Shown here one piece after another: positions 1 through 11,569 of a stretch of 64,000 nt of DNA. Source of the DNA: Antedon mediterranea. Lineage: Eukaryota; Animalia; Echinodermata. The position numbers and the translations under genes are program-made. The notes beneath the pieces are model-generated. The model was not told the DNA's origin. It ran no database searches and worked only from the letters and a program-made list of their open reading frames with translations. The stretch covers positions 6,780,101 through 6,844,100 of the forward strand of contig NC_092677.1 in assembly GCF_964355755.1 (NCBI RefSeq). The letters are read 5' to 3'. Position 1 is the first letter of the stretch. Every line of letters starts with the position of its first letter.

Positions 1-231
1 TATGCGATAACATTCATTTAAATATTTACGACGGTCCAACAGTAAGCAGCCTACAACTTCAGCCTTTACCATCTTGTACTGAAGGAAAGCCCACATCATT
101 GCCTGCTCCAGTAGTCACTTCTGGAAACTCATTTACTTTTAGCCTAAGGTACGATGGACAGGTTAGGTCTCAAGAACCGATAGACGTGCAGATACACTTT
201 TCTTCATGGAAAAAGAACATAAAAGTAAAAG
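1..231 (+). CDS. Internal exon (5'-truncated by the window) encoding the C-terminal half of a CUB-like domain
   Basis: Frame from nt 3 reads CDNIHLNIYDGPTVSSLQLQPLPSCTEGKPTSLPAPVVTSGNSFTFSLRYDG..., the CUB pattern C..L.IYDG...C.G..P...SGN. Ends AAAG|gtaaaa in phase 1, compatible with the next exon. Confidence 0.75.
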
Positions 232-311
232 GTAAAATATAAAATTGTGTACACTGTAAATAACATTTTTTGTAGTATTGTTTATTCAATTATAAATTCC
301 ATTTTCTACAG

Positions 312-757
312 ATCTGCCTAAACCAACAGGACATGCGCACAAAATCGCATTCATTGTGCTTGAAACCATAACTGGACTATCAATTACTGCCGTAATACTC
401 GTTGGAATTGTCATCTTTCTCTGTCGTAATTGTCGTCCAAAACCAGAGTACGAACCACCTCTGGTTGCTCGTGAGATCTCATCGCCGACACACGGTGGTC
501 ATAGCTACTTCTCAAACACCGACAACCAAGTTCTACTTCGAGGACCACCGCCCCCCACTGGAAGAGCTCCACCAGCGCCACATGATCAACACCACCATGG
601 ACATTCATTACCACCGCCTCATCGTGTTCAGTCCTTTTATCCTAGTAGTGCATTGCATCCATCATTAACAAGGGTTAAAGTTCTGCCAGTTCCTAGACAA
701 GCACATGGAACTGTTGCATATGACATTGGAAATGAACTGGTTTACATGAACCGTTAG
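312..757 (+). CDS. Terminal exon of CUB-domain type I membrane protein (TM plus Pro/His-rich cytoplasmic tail)
   Basis: ttttctacag acceptor at 311, 80-nt intron 232-311, in frame with ORF 356-757; hydrophobic TM (ITGLSITAVILVGIVIFL) followed by CRNCR; TAG stop at 755-757. Confidence 0.8.
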
Positions 758-871
758 GTGTTCCCATTAGCATTCCACATTAACGTGATAACATGGCGTT
801 ATCCTGTTAACGTTATAACTTTATAATAGGCCTAATGTTTTGTTACAGTATCTCGCTAACATTTCATTTGT

Positions 872-1170
872 TAATAATAATAATAATATCCTGGATTTAT
901 ATAGCGCCTAATGTTGTGAAACCTCTAAGCACTGAACATTATTACTGCAGTCATTTTTTTTGGATCAAACACGTATGGAAACATACTCCCATAATGCAGC
1001 TAGTAATCAGCGCAAAGTTGTGTCTTGATCTAACCAGGTTCCCATTTATACACCTGAAGGAGAGAGGCAAACGTAAGTAAAGTATCTTGCCTAAAGATAC
1101 AAGCAATGCAGCAAGAGTTGTATTCGAACCTCAGTAGTCAAACGTCCAACACAATGCGCCACACGCTCTT
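872..1170 (-). mobile_element. tRNA-derived CORE-SINE with L2-type 3' tail, downstream of the CUB gene stop
   Basis: Minus strand: A box TGGCGCATTG, B box GGTTCGAATAC, CORE-like TCTTTAGGCAAGATACTTTAC...GCCTCTCTCC..CAGGTGTATAAATGGG, then tail GCGCTATATAAAT..(ATT)n. Confidence 0.8.
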
Positions 1171-1325
1171 ACATTTGTTCCAGTAAATGTTATATTATTC
1201 AATTAAATTTACGTGATAATATAACTTAAAAAGGTATAACGCTACATTATCACATTAATGTTTCATTGTCTTGTTAAAGAATATCACACAATGGAGGAAT
1301 TAACCACGATTACACTTCAGTTAAT

Positions 1326-1420
1326 TTTTCATTTCATTTATTTGTTAGACTTTATGTCCTGGGACCCCAAAACAACATAGTCACCATAGCATGATATGTA
1401 TGGGGCCCAGGACGAACTTA
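1326..1420 (-). mobile_element. Probable LINE (CR1/L2-like) 3' end
   Basis: Stem-loop CCTGGGACCCCA...TGGGGCCCAGG next to a short TTTCA repeat tail. Similar stem-loop/tail ends at about 2150-2215, 14730-14790, 21970-22045 and 35555-35655. Confidence 0.45.
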
Positions 1421-3420
1421 GCTACATCACTTACAGTACAAAATACATTTAAAAGTTTAAAAACATACAAAAGTGGAAAAAAGAAAAAGAAAGCACACAG
1501 AATTCAAATTAATAATCAGTAAAATTAAAAATTGTAACTGCCTGAGGAAAACAGAAAGAGAAGAGAGGACAGACGAGTCTTTAAGAGAGGAAGCAAGAAG
1601 ACCAAAGAACAGAGAAACGATGGATAGGCTAATATTCCGGTAATGTTTCAGTTAATGTTACCATTACTACAGTACCGAAGTTAGTTATCTCAATAGCATC
1701 TACACTTATCTTGTCTATAAAACACTATCTTAATATTAACGCATGAAACCATACGATGAAACACCGAGAAAGATAGAATGATATTCTTAACTTTGTTTTC
1801 CATTTGGAGAAACATGGTGTACTGTGGCGTACTTCAAACCAACTTTGCTAGTGTTTATTTCCCATGCAAAGCTTAAAAAAAAACATTATATAAACAAAAA
1901 TTCAGTTATAGCTCCCTCTATGAAGGAATGTGCTGAAATTCATTAGAACTTTTTCTTCCAAACAACGCACACTATTTTGTAGGCCTACAAGGTAATATTT
2001 ATGTTATGAATTATACAGTACATGTTTAACCTTTGACATTAATGTTGAAAGTGTAAGAGACCTTAGCTTGCCAGACCTTGTTTCATACAATTTTGTTATG
2101 ATTATGAAATCATAATTTAATCATTAGCTTTTGTGAAAATATTTTAGGTATTTTATTTCAACAATATTTTATGAGGGTGGTCCATCCAGCATCAGCTGAT
2201 CATTAGGGACCCTCAAACAATACAAACAGTAAATACAAAATAAACTATAAAAACACAAAATTAACAAAGATATAAAAAATAAGGTAAGGTATGTAATATT
2301 TTAGAAGATATTAGGTTGTTTTGGTGGAAGCAGTTGTTAATTTCCTGGTGAAATTGAAATTGTATCTACTTGTGTTTTGTATCATTTGTATATGGATGTA
2401 CTATCCAATATAAAGGTAATGAATAAATGAATAACCAAAATTGAAATTTGGTATAAATTGGACAATTTAATTAAAAAAAGAAATGAAAAATATTACATTA
2501 GAACATGGGGGAATATTAAAGAGAAAAAATGAATGTGACATGATTGTATATATTACATTAAAAGTTTTCAATACAGTCTTTATTTATTTTTAATTAAGTC
2601 GATGAAAATAGTAATTGGAAAAATGTAATTAAAGCCTTGAAAGAGGGGTAGGTTTACTTATTTTTTAAATTTTTAAGCAACATAAGAAATATAAATGTAT
2701 ATTGTATAATTTATTAAATGTAAGAGAAAGTGAGTTGTGTTTTGTCTCTTTTATTATTTAGAAAGGATAAATTAAACTTATTCGTTAGATGGCAAATCTT
2801 GCCATAACATTATATTATTTTTATGAAATAATTTGTTCATCAACTCATTCATCGTTCATCAAACGATTCATCATTTGCTTCTCTAGTCAGTTTTTTTTTA
2901 CCAGCGTAAAAATAAAGCTTATACTACTGTCCCTTTTGAATAACTGCGTCAAAGTATTTATGTTTACCTAACTATAATTATATTATTTTTGTACACTATA
3001 AATAGTAAAGATTGATGATTTTTATACATCTCTGTATCATTGACCTTCATATGAAATAATGTACTTTTGTGCGAAGACAATTTATAATACGAAATGTGTT
3101 TTTCACCAAGTTCATGGACACATTGTATTATCATAAAAGAAGTCGACAGAATACTATCATTCAAATATGAACATACATACACATATAACATTAAAAAAAC
3201 AGAGTTCAACTAAAGTGCAACATATGAAAGCTGTAATCAAATTTGATCATTAGGAGCGCATTAGAAGAACACACATCTAAGAACATAAAAAAGTGAACTA
3301 GATAGAGATTGTCAAAACTAGGGCTTATGAAAATCAATTATTTAAAACGCATTCAATTCATTCCCCTAATCAAAGACCGTATTTGTCACATTGATAAAAG
3401 TTCATCAAACTGTTTTCATC

Positions 3421-3758
3421 AAGATTTTTAATTTGAGGGAGTATTTAATTTTAAAGAGTACATAAGTTAAGAGGATTTTAATTTGAGGGAATACTTAATT
3501 TGAAAGAGTACATAAGTTAAGAGGATTTTAATTTGAGGGAATACTTAATTTGAAAGAGTATATAAGTCACAAGGGTATTTTTAATTTGAGGGAATACTTA
3601 ATTTTAAACAGTATATAAGTTAAGGGGATTTTAATTTGAGGGAATACTTAAGTTGAAAGAGTACATAAGTTAAGGGAATTTTTAATTTGAGAGAGTACTT
3701 AATTTAGAAGAGTATGCATAAGTCACAAGGGTATTTTTAATTTTAGGGAATACTTAAT
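3421..3758. repeat. Minisatellite, about 50-bp unit, 6-7 copies
   Basis: Recurrent GGATTTTTAATTTGAGGGAATACTTAATTTGAAAGAGTACATAAGTTAA. Confidence 0.9.
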
Positions 3759-4795
3759 ATGAATTCTATATTTTTACAATCTAAACAAAGCTCTCAGTTA
3801 GTATATTAGGAAATTATTAATTATGATGGTAAGCTCTACAATACTATCAATACATATTTTCAATTAAAAATCATTAATATTAATTAATAATGTTGAACTT
3901 GATTATATTTAAAAGCTATCATAAATGTGTATAATTAATTATTTCAAGTCCCCCAAAAAAATCAAGTGTCCTCAATGCTTGGTGTAGTAGATGTCATTAA
4001 TAAATCAATATAGAAAAAATGGAAACAGAACATAAATATTGCTTTAATATTAACTTAAATCTCCTACTTCCTGCCATGTTATTTCACAAAGGTCAACTTA
4101 AATTGGCAAGAGGTCAATTTAAATTTGAAGAAGGTCATAAAGTTCAAATTTGATTTGAGCAGTTGATTAGAAATAATTTTTTTTCTACAAAGAAAATTGG
4201 AACATAGAAAAGCTATTGGTTTTCTACAAGGTCCTACTTAACGTTAATATCATAAGAATATCGTAATGAGATACAAAGATGATTTAAAGAAGAACTTTTT
4301 GATTTAAAGTCAAGTTGCTGAATATGAAAATTAAAGGACAAAATATTTCAGCATTTTTGGTGCTATAGCAGACATCGCAATTTATTCCATTATAATTTTA
4401 ATTAATTAAAAATATGCTATACTGTACATTATTATGTTTTTAATGAATTAATTATTATACCATTTGCCAAAAATGTATATATGTATATTTACTTGTTGTT
4501 TTCTGGTTTTTATGCTTTTTACCCCAAAAAATGTCTTTAAAGTCAAAGTATTTTACTTATTGTATTGTTCATTTGTATGATAATGTTCTTCTTCTTAATC
4601 TTCTTGAATATTTTTGGAAAAACAAAAAGCCTATATCAATAAATTGATGACCTCAAAAAGCTTATCAAAATTTAAATCGATTGTCGAAATATTATAACGC
4701 TCAGAAGCATTTTGCTCAATATTTGTTTAAAATTTAAAGTCTTTTTTCAAGACTTTAGGTTTAAAAATAAATAAAAACACCTTTTTTATCTAAAT

Positions 4796-4906
4796 CTATT
4801 GTAACGTGACTGGTTTTTCATTTCCGTCATCATCAAGTGGTATACCATGAAGCAGACTAAATTCTCGTCGTAACACAGCATAGGAAACATCAGTTGCAAG
4901 AAATAT
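4796..4906 (-). CDS. PIGU: PIGU terminal exon (GPI transamidase subunit PIG-U)
   Basis: After a ccccaaaatag acceptor reads IFLATDVSYAVLRREFSLLHGIPLDDDGNEKPVTLQ*, resembling the vertebrate PIGU C-terminus [21 protein letters not shown]. Confidence 0.9.
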   Translation of the reverse strand: MFLATDVSYAVLRREFSLLHGIPLDDDGNEKPVTLQ

Positions 4907-5227
4907 CTATTTTGGGGACAGAAAAAAATAGTTTAAGTACATTCGGCCTAATTTTTTTAATTTTTTTTTTGTACAAAATACAACATTAAAGCTTTATGTG
5001 ATGTGAGGTGCCCATATATGGACACGATGTCATCATATCACTACCATATTTGGGCACATCACACTTTTTTTGTCAAAAGACAGAGAGGTTAACAGTGAAA
5101 AATGTTCAAAAATATGTGTATAAAGAAAATAAGGTGGAGGAGAGTGCACTTTTTTGTTGGTAGCCTAGACAAAAGATGGGTTTCAAACAACAACCAATGT
5201 CTATTATCGGGTCTGCACCAAATCTAA

Positions 5228-5600
5228 TCAGCACACCACATATATAGCAGCTAGTGGTAAAGCTATAAGCACTCCATGTCTATGTATGCCATCTATCCCA
5301 GAATTCCATCAGCACAACCCAACATCAATATTATTAGCCCCTATAGTGGCTAAAGCTCCTCAGCACCTAGTTGCTATAGCTCCTCAGCAACTAGTGGCTA
5401 TATCTCCTCAGCACTCCCATGTTTTTATCCTCTCAGAACCATATCAAGTGAGGCCAAAAACCACTATACTAAACAAGCACACAATATCTATATCCCCTCC
5501 CAATGTCATTATCACTCAATTAGTACTCAATACCTAACTAAACGTCTACTGTAAATACCCTCAGCACTAAATATTTATATCCCATAGCACACAGTGCCAT
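5228..5600. repeat. Degenerate tandem repeat, about 24-bp unit
   Basis: CAGCACCTAGTGGCTATAGCTCCT-like units, clearest at 5340-5415. Confidence 0.6.
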
Positions 5601-6957
5601 AGCTACATAACCAGTGGTTATGCCACAACAATCAGGTGTCTGGGAGATTAGCAAACGCCCTAAGATAAACATAGTAATTATGTCATAAGTTATATACTGA
5701 ATACATAGGAAACATATTGTATGCCTGTTTATTTTTTATTAATGTCAAACGGTTTAACCTTGTAAGGTCAAACTAATAATTAATACTTCACAAGTTGTTA
5801 ATCAGAGAGGGCAAAAAGGTGAGAAAAAATGGGTATAAAAATAATAAAGTATACAGGGATATATCACTCTATTAATTTAGACACGCACGCCAAGGATTTT
5901 CAATTGAGTTACGGGTGTTGCGTCACATTTCGTTTGGCATCAGCTACTTTGATATCATTGAATGACAATGATGCACATTTTATAAAGTAATTCTATGCTA
6001 TTAAATTGCCTTGATTTTTTTATCTTCATGGTTATCATTAAATGATTTAATTTTGGTTGAGTAACTCAACATACAATGTTATGTACAACAAGCTGAAAGT
6101 TTAATTAAATGGGACAGCAAATAAATTTAAATAAGGGCACAGGAAGACATATGATTATCCAAAAACTTTGAAGTTTTTATAATCTTTTTTTTTACGTCCT
6201 CTTTGTGTATTTATCTGAAATGACAAGTGCTTAATGTAATCTTTTTAGACATTTTAAACAGCCAGATAAAAATAGGTTTCTTCAGATGTTTTTATGTTTA
6301 TTCCTAGAAAGTAAGGAACATTCACCTCTAAGCAGGTGGCAGTTTCACCTGAGTTTACCAACAGAGATAAACAATTAATTTGTAAGGATAACATAGGCAG
6401 ATCCACGGGCATCATTGCATAAGATATATATATGCATTACTTAGGCTCATTTCTCATTTCACACTTCTTAGGCCCAATTGTCTCTCTAATTTCCAAATCC
6501 TGAATCTGCCATTGGATATAGTCTAGAATAGTGGGAGATGAGTCAAAATTGTAGTCTCAATCATATCTTTATTCTCACCAAAGTGCTACCCTTTCCCCAC
6601 ACCACCTCCACACCAACTTCCACCTAAAAAGTGCTTTAAATCATCTGTACTATCATAGTGTATATCTTGGCACATTTTAAGCTACCAGTAGGAGTAGGTT
6701 AGATGTAATGCTCTCCTCAACCATACTTCTGTGGTAGATAGGAATAGGAGGTAAAGAGTGCGCATGCAGCCAGTGTCAGGGTTACCCACATTAAATAGGC
6801 TGCAAGTCCAGCTTACAACGCACGTGGGACTCACACAATTGACCTCCAGGCTTAGGGTCAGAATCAAATCATTATTATAAGCAAAAACTATCTTTCGCAT
6901 TTAAGAATTCCAGACACAAAAATGTAACATTATGAGCAGTTTTCAGATCATACTCAC

Positions 6958-7100
6958 CAAAGCAGCGTTGTATACCAGCGTTACTGCGAAGAAAAAATTA
7001 GCATTAGCGCTTCCTGCATACATCCAGAGTTGGTACATGATTGGCGCTATGATAGATGAGCCTGTCAACATTACACCAACAACGAGAGTATTACGCAAAT
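6958..7100 (-). CDS. PIGU: PIGU exon (143 nt)
   Basis: LRNTLVVGVMLTGSSIIAPIMYQLWMYAGSANANFFFAVTLVYNAAL contains the PIG-U W.Y.GSAN.NFF motif; ag/gtgagt boundaries. Confidence 0.95.
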
Positions 7101-7222
7101 CTAAGAAAAATAAATTTGTCAATAATTATCACTAATGTTTTTGAATTTTTAAAGAATTTGAATATTAATTTGAATACATTAACTTGATTGCAGATGATAA
7201 TAATAATGGATGTAAACAAATA

Positions 7223-7415
7223 TTATTTTATTCTGTTACTGCAGTAACTACTTTTTGGACTGCAATAACTTATGATTTCAGTTTCAAAGTAAAAGTTTAT
7301 GAGGCAGTCACTGATATAAACAGTGCATATAATAACTCCCCAAAAGCCTGCTAAATAATAATAATAAACCGAGAAAACAAAATGTAGCTTTTGTTGCAGT
7401 AACTGCAGTAGAATA
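7223..7415. mobile_element. MITE with TTATTCTACTGCAGTTACTGCAGTAACTA-type TIRs (family dispersed across the window)
   Basis: Left TATTCTGTTACTGCAGTAACTA, right GCAGTAACTGCAGTAGAATAA; internal TTATGAGGCAGTCACT shared with copies at about 28292-28402, 34940-35112 (reverse), 45349-45545, 50311 onward; TIR fragments at about 50115, 52370, 52780-52835, 55870-55900. Confidence 0.7.
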
Positions 7416-8749
7416 ACTTTGATATCTTTGAATAAAGAAATAATAATAATAATTAGGTAATAATGAAGATGATATTGATGACGATAACACGGATAATGAT
7501 GGATCGACACAAATGCATGCTTCCCAAATGAGTAATGTTCAAAAGCGCAAGTGTTATGCCAACAGGCATAATGTGTGTAATCGTAAATTATATTTGACAG
7601 GGGTTACGACCTTTCCGACAAGCACAGACCATAAACTGCCCAGCTACACGGTCTCCGGGGAATGCAAAGAATTATGGGTAATTCAAAGAAAGCAGTAATA
7701 TAGAACGCATATTCTTATTCAACACACTCCAGATTGACTCAAGGGTAAAACGTCAATACACACTATACTACAACTTGTGGAACTATTTTACCTACACATT
7801 TATTAATAGTGACAGTTATCAGTCATCTTTGCATTTGCACAGAGTTTGGAACATGTGGCCAATGTTTTGCGTTTCTTTACAAATAATTTTAACTTTTCGG
7901 CGCATTGACCCTAGTTTAAAAAATCATCTTTCATAGAATCTCTAAACGATTGAAATATAAACTTAATTTATGGCAGACATTATCATTACTTTGAGTAGTA
8001 AAGAAAGTAGCGTTTAATTATGATTTTGTGCTTAGGATATACATTTAAATCTTGTTTAAACTTAACTTTAAAAAAAAAATATATATAAAACTTGTTGGCT
8101 TAAGTGAAATAATTTCTTAGTCACTGCATTTTACAGATTTTACTTAGGAAAATATCTCTTAAATATTAAGTATTTCACTAAATCAATAAATATTAAAAAA
8201 TTTTACTTTGGGAAATATCTCTTAAATAATAAGTATTTCACTTAAGTCAATAAATAAAGTAGAATTTTTTTAATTGTTGGTGAATACAGCCACTAGATGA
8301 AGATGTTGGATTTTTCTTCTTAAGATGAATATAGTTTAGATTAATATAATCAATTTATTATGGAACATGTACATTTATTTTGGATATCCACATTGAAAAC
8401 AAAATGACGGTGAAAATTAAAGGTGCATGAAAAGCAGCTTATTTTATCACCAAAAATTGATTACAGTACAGTAGAATGTTAGCGAAGCGTGGATAATAAA
8501 GAGAATGGTTCAATTGAGACAACATAGTATGTGCAAATTCAAATTATGTAAGAGCAAGGTCGTTTAGTGTCAGATGTTGATGCAAATGAAAAAATTGACC
8601 CATCAGTGACCTTTTGTGCAAACAATTTGATTTACCCAATGGCAGGAATATTACTATTAATTCTGATGACATACTTACAAGCAAAAAATGAAATCGCATT
8701 TATATTAATATAAGTATTATGAAAAACGTTAAGACTTTACTACAGTATT

Positions 8750-9030
8750 GCGTAATGGTAAGGGATATTAGAATAGCATGTGAGAAGCATGGATTCGAGA
8801 TCTGTCTGTACTATTGTTTGTAACTTTTAATGCTTTACTTCCTTTTGCCTCGTCCTTCAGATGGGACGTAACAACATTGCTCTTACGCAATTTCTGCACA
8901 TGTGCACAAAGAACACGATTAAATAATAATGGGGCGGATAGTCGTTCGGTGTGCCTATCATGGTCTTGTACTGGGCTTCTTGGTGGAGCAAGAGGGAATT
9001 CCGAGCAGTAAGTTATAACCAGGTATTCGC
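8750..9030 (+). mobile_element. Diverged Deu/Nin-type SINE copy abutting a PIGU splice donor
   Basis: GTAATGGTAA...GCATGTGA..CATGGATTCGAG head and TGCTTTAC..TTGCCTCGTCCTTCAGATGGGACGTAA match the SINE at 19666-20118. Confidence 0.65.
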
Positions 9031-9038
9031 ATACTTAC

Positions 9039-9163
9039 AATGGAATGAGTGTGACCAAAGAGGAATAAGGGCCAAGTACACCACAGTATCACCGATTGCT
9101 GGATACGACTTGAATACAGAGATTAGTATAAGTTGTATTAACATCACAAAGACTGGATGATCT
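9039..9163 (-). CDS. PIGU: PIGU exon (125 nt)
   Basis: DHPVFVMLIQLILISVFKSYPAIGDTVVYLALIPLWSHSFH with the PIG-U FKSYP..GD motif; actacag/gtaagt boundaries; phases fit neighbours. Confidence 0.95.
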
Positions 9164-10254
9164 CTGTAGTAAAAACAAAAAGTACATATTTAGAACTAGA
9201 CAACTTCTACATTTAAGATATCACTGTGATACTATTCATGTTGTTATGTGAAGGATGAACAGTAGATCACTGCAATTCAATCACTATTATTCATCATCAT
9301 TAGTTGTAAAGTGTGATTTTTTATACTTTCAATAAAGCCGAAATCAGGTTATGTGTATAATATGAAGAGAAAAAGAAAAAAATTATAATTTTGAATCGTA
9401 ACTGAACTGGAAAGGGCTAACTCCTCAAAAGAAGTTTCATTTCAAACCATCACATCGTTTCAAAGCCTTTAGTACATAGTTTTTTTTGTAACAGTGCATT
9501 AAAGTATGATGTAGAGGGAAATACCGTTTACCAACACAGAGTTGGCTTTCCCATTTTAAACTTTGTCTTTTTAATTTGGAAATATTGCAACAGTTGAATG
9601 ATCATCAAGGAGGTATAACGTGGTCTTCTTCACGTACCCGGAATTCCGGTTGTTGGAGTCAATCAACACCTAATCACCTTACGATACATTTTAACCACAT
9701 ACTTAAACGGATAAAAAGTAATTAGCAATGGGAAAGATGGTTTCCACCAGAAGAGTTTTTATACAGTGCCAGGTATTTATTTTGATAAGCCAGTGACCTG
9801 AAACGACCTTCTTAACCTCGGATTTGTTTAAGATTCCCACATCCTTCCATAAAACAATGGAAAAGCATTGAAGAAAGATCAGGTATACGATCTTGGTCAA
9901 TTAAAACTTGTTGTATATAAGGCAGTAACTAAATCTACAGGATTTCATAATCAATTGAATACTGTATTTTATGATCTATCCTAGGTTCAATGGATTGCAA
10001 TTCACCTCAATGCCCTCAAAATCTTAAGTAGTATAACACTATATATGCTTGGCAAAAAAATAACATGAAACACTTGTTCTTAATGGTAAATGCCATTATT
10101 TAAAATCCAGTATGAACTGAGTTACGACCAACATAGTGTCTACTATTTCAAATTTGAAGGGTAGAGAAAAATATCAGGGCATGGGATTATACAGTATGCA
10201 TCAAAAGAGAAGTGAAAACAACAATGTTATTCCAAATCAAATACTGGTCTTAAA

Positions 10255-10890
10255 ACCACTATACACTCTTGGTAATGAACCAATGCCATTGGTACAAATG
10301 AACAAGTGGAGAACCTCTGGCATTCTCTGAACCAGTGCAGTACTTTGGTATGGACTTTAACTGTAGTAGCAGTGGAGTACACTTTGCATGGGCTTTTTTA
10401 CCCCTGTACCGATGCAGTAACCCTGTTACTCCTGACCAGAGTACCTTGGCATGAACTGTAAACCTAAACCAGTGCAGTAACTCTGGTACACGCCTTACAT
10501 TTGTATTAGTGGAGTACCCTTGGGTATGGGCTTTACACCTGAACCAGTGGTGTATCCTTGGTATGGACTTTACTCCTGAACAGAGTACCTTGGTATGAAC
10601 TGTAAACCTCAACCAGTGCAGTAACCCTGGTACATGCTTTACATTTGTACCAGTGGAGTACCCTTGGGTATGGGCTTACACCTGAATTAGTGGAGTATCC
10701 TTTGCACAGGCTCTACTCCTGACCAGAGTACCTTGGTATAAATTGTTGGTACTGTATGGTATCAAGCGTGTACCAGTAGAGTACCTTTGGTATAGAATCT
10801 TATGGAACCTGAATAAGTGGAGTACCATGCTATGGATTTCAGACTTGGTATGGATTTCATGCTTACCAGTAGAGTACTGCACCACTAAAG
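10255..10890. repeat. Degenerate tandem repeat (about 35-bp units) with a higher-order duplication of about 143 bp
   Basis: Recurring ACCAGTGSAGTACCCTTGGTATGGRCTTTAC; 10430-10570 is nearly repeated at 10573-10715. Confidence 0.75.
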
Positions 10891-11569
10891 TACCATTGAT
10901 ATAGATGTTTCAATACCAATAATATAGTACTTAATTGTTTTACAAACTTTATACTAGAACCATTTGTTATGAATTTTTCATAGAAGAACCATTATAATAT
11001 TTATGGTAGTACTGCCTTTATAAATGAACCAGTACAGTATTCATGGTTGACCGATTAAATACCTGAATGAGTACAGTAAGCATGGTTTTTTGGTATTCTT
11101 GGTATGGACTTTGTGACCCAATTGGTGTCAGCTTATACTAAAATAAATTACTTTTCATGATAAACATTGTAAAGCCCTTTAAATACATTAGTTCAACAAA
11201 CGCATATGATACCAGGTAAAGTACAATTAAGTACACTAAAGAACAATGCCAAATTTTAAGTTAATCATTAAATCTAGAGGTCAAAGGGCAAACATATAAT
11301 ATTTAATATCATAAAATTAAATGTCTGCTTATAATATACGGGCCGTTTAAGCTGTTTCGTTGCATAATTTAATAAAATAATGTATGAAAATTGTAGTATG
11401 TGGTAAACCTAATTCTTTGCTTAGTAATTATAAAACATGATGAAAATAGGCAGATTTAACTTGTACTGAATGAATGCGGACAAAGAGTAACAAGACAATT
11501 GAGGATGATTAAGTCATATCAAATTTATTTTCATTCATGTTATTTTTGTATTGTGACATGATACTGATA

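Noticed and set aside
9520-9900. Coding-looking stretch in a PIGU intron
   Set aside because: Stops in the frames examined, no recognisable family or consistent splice pair.
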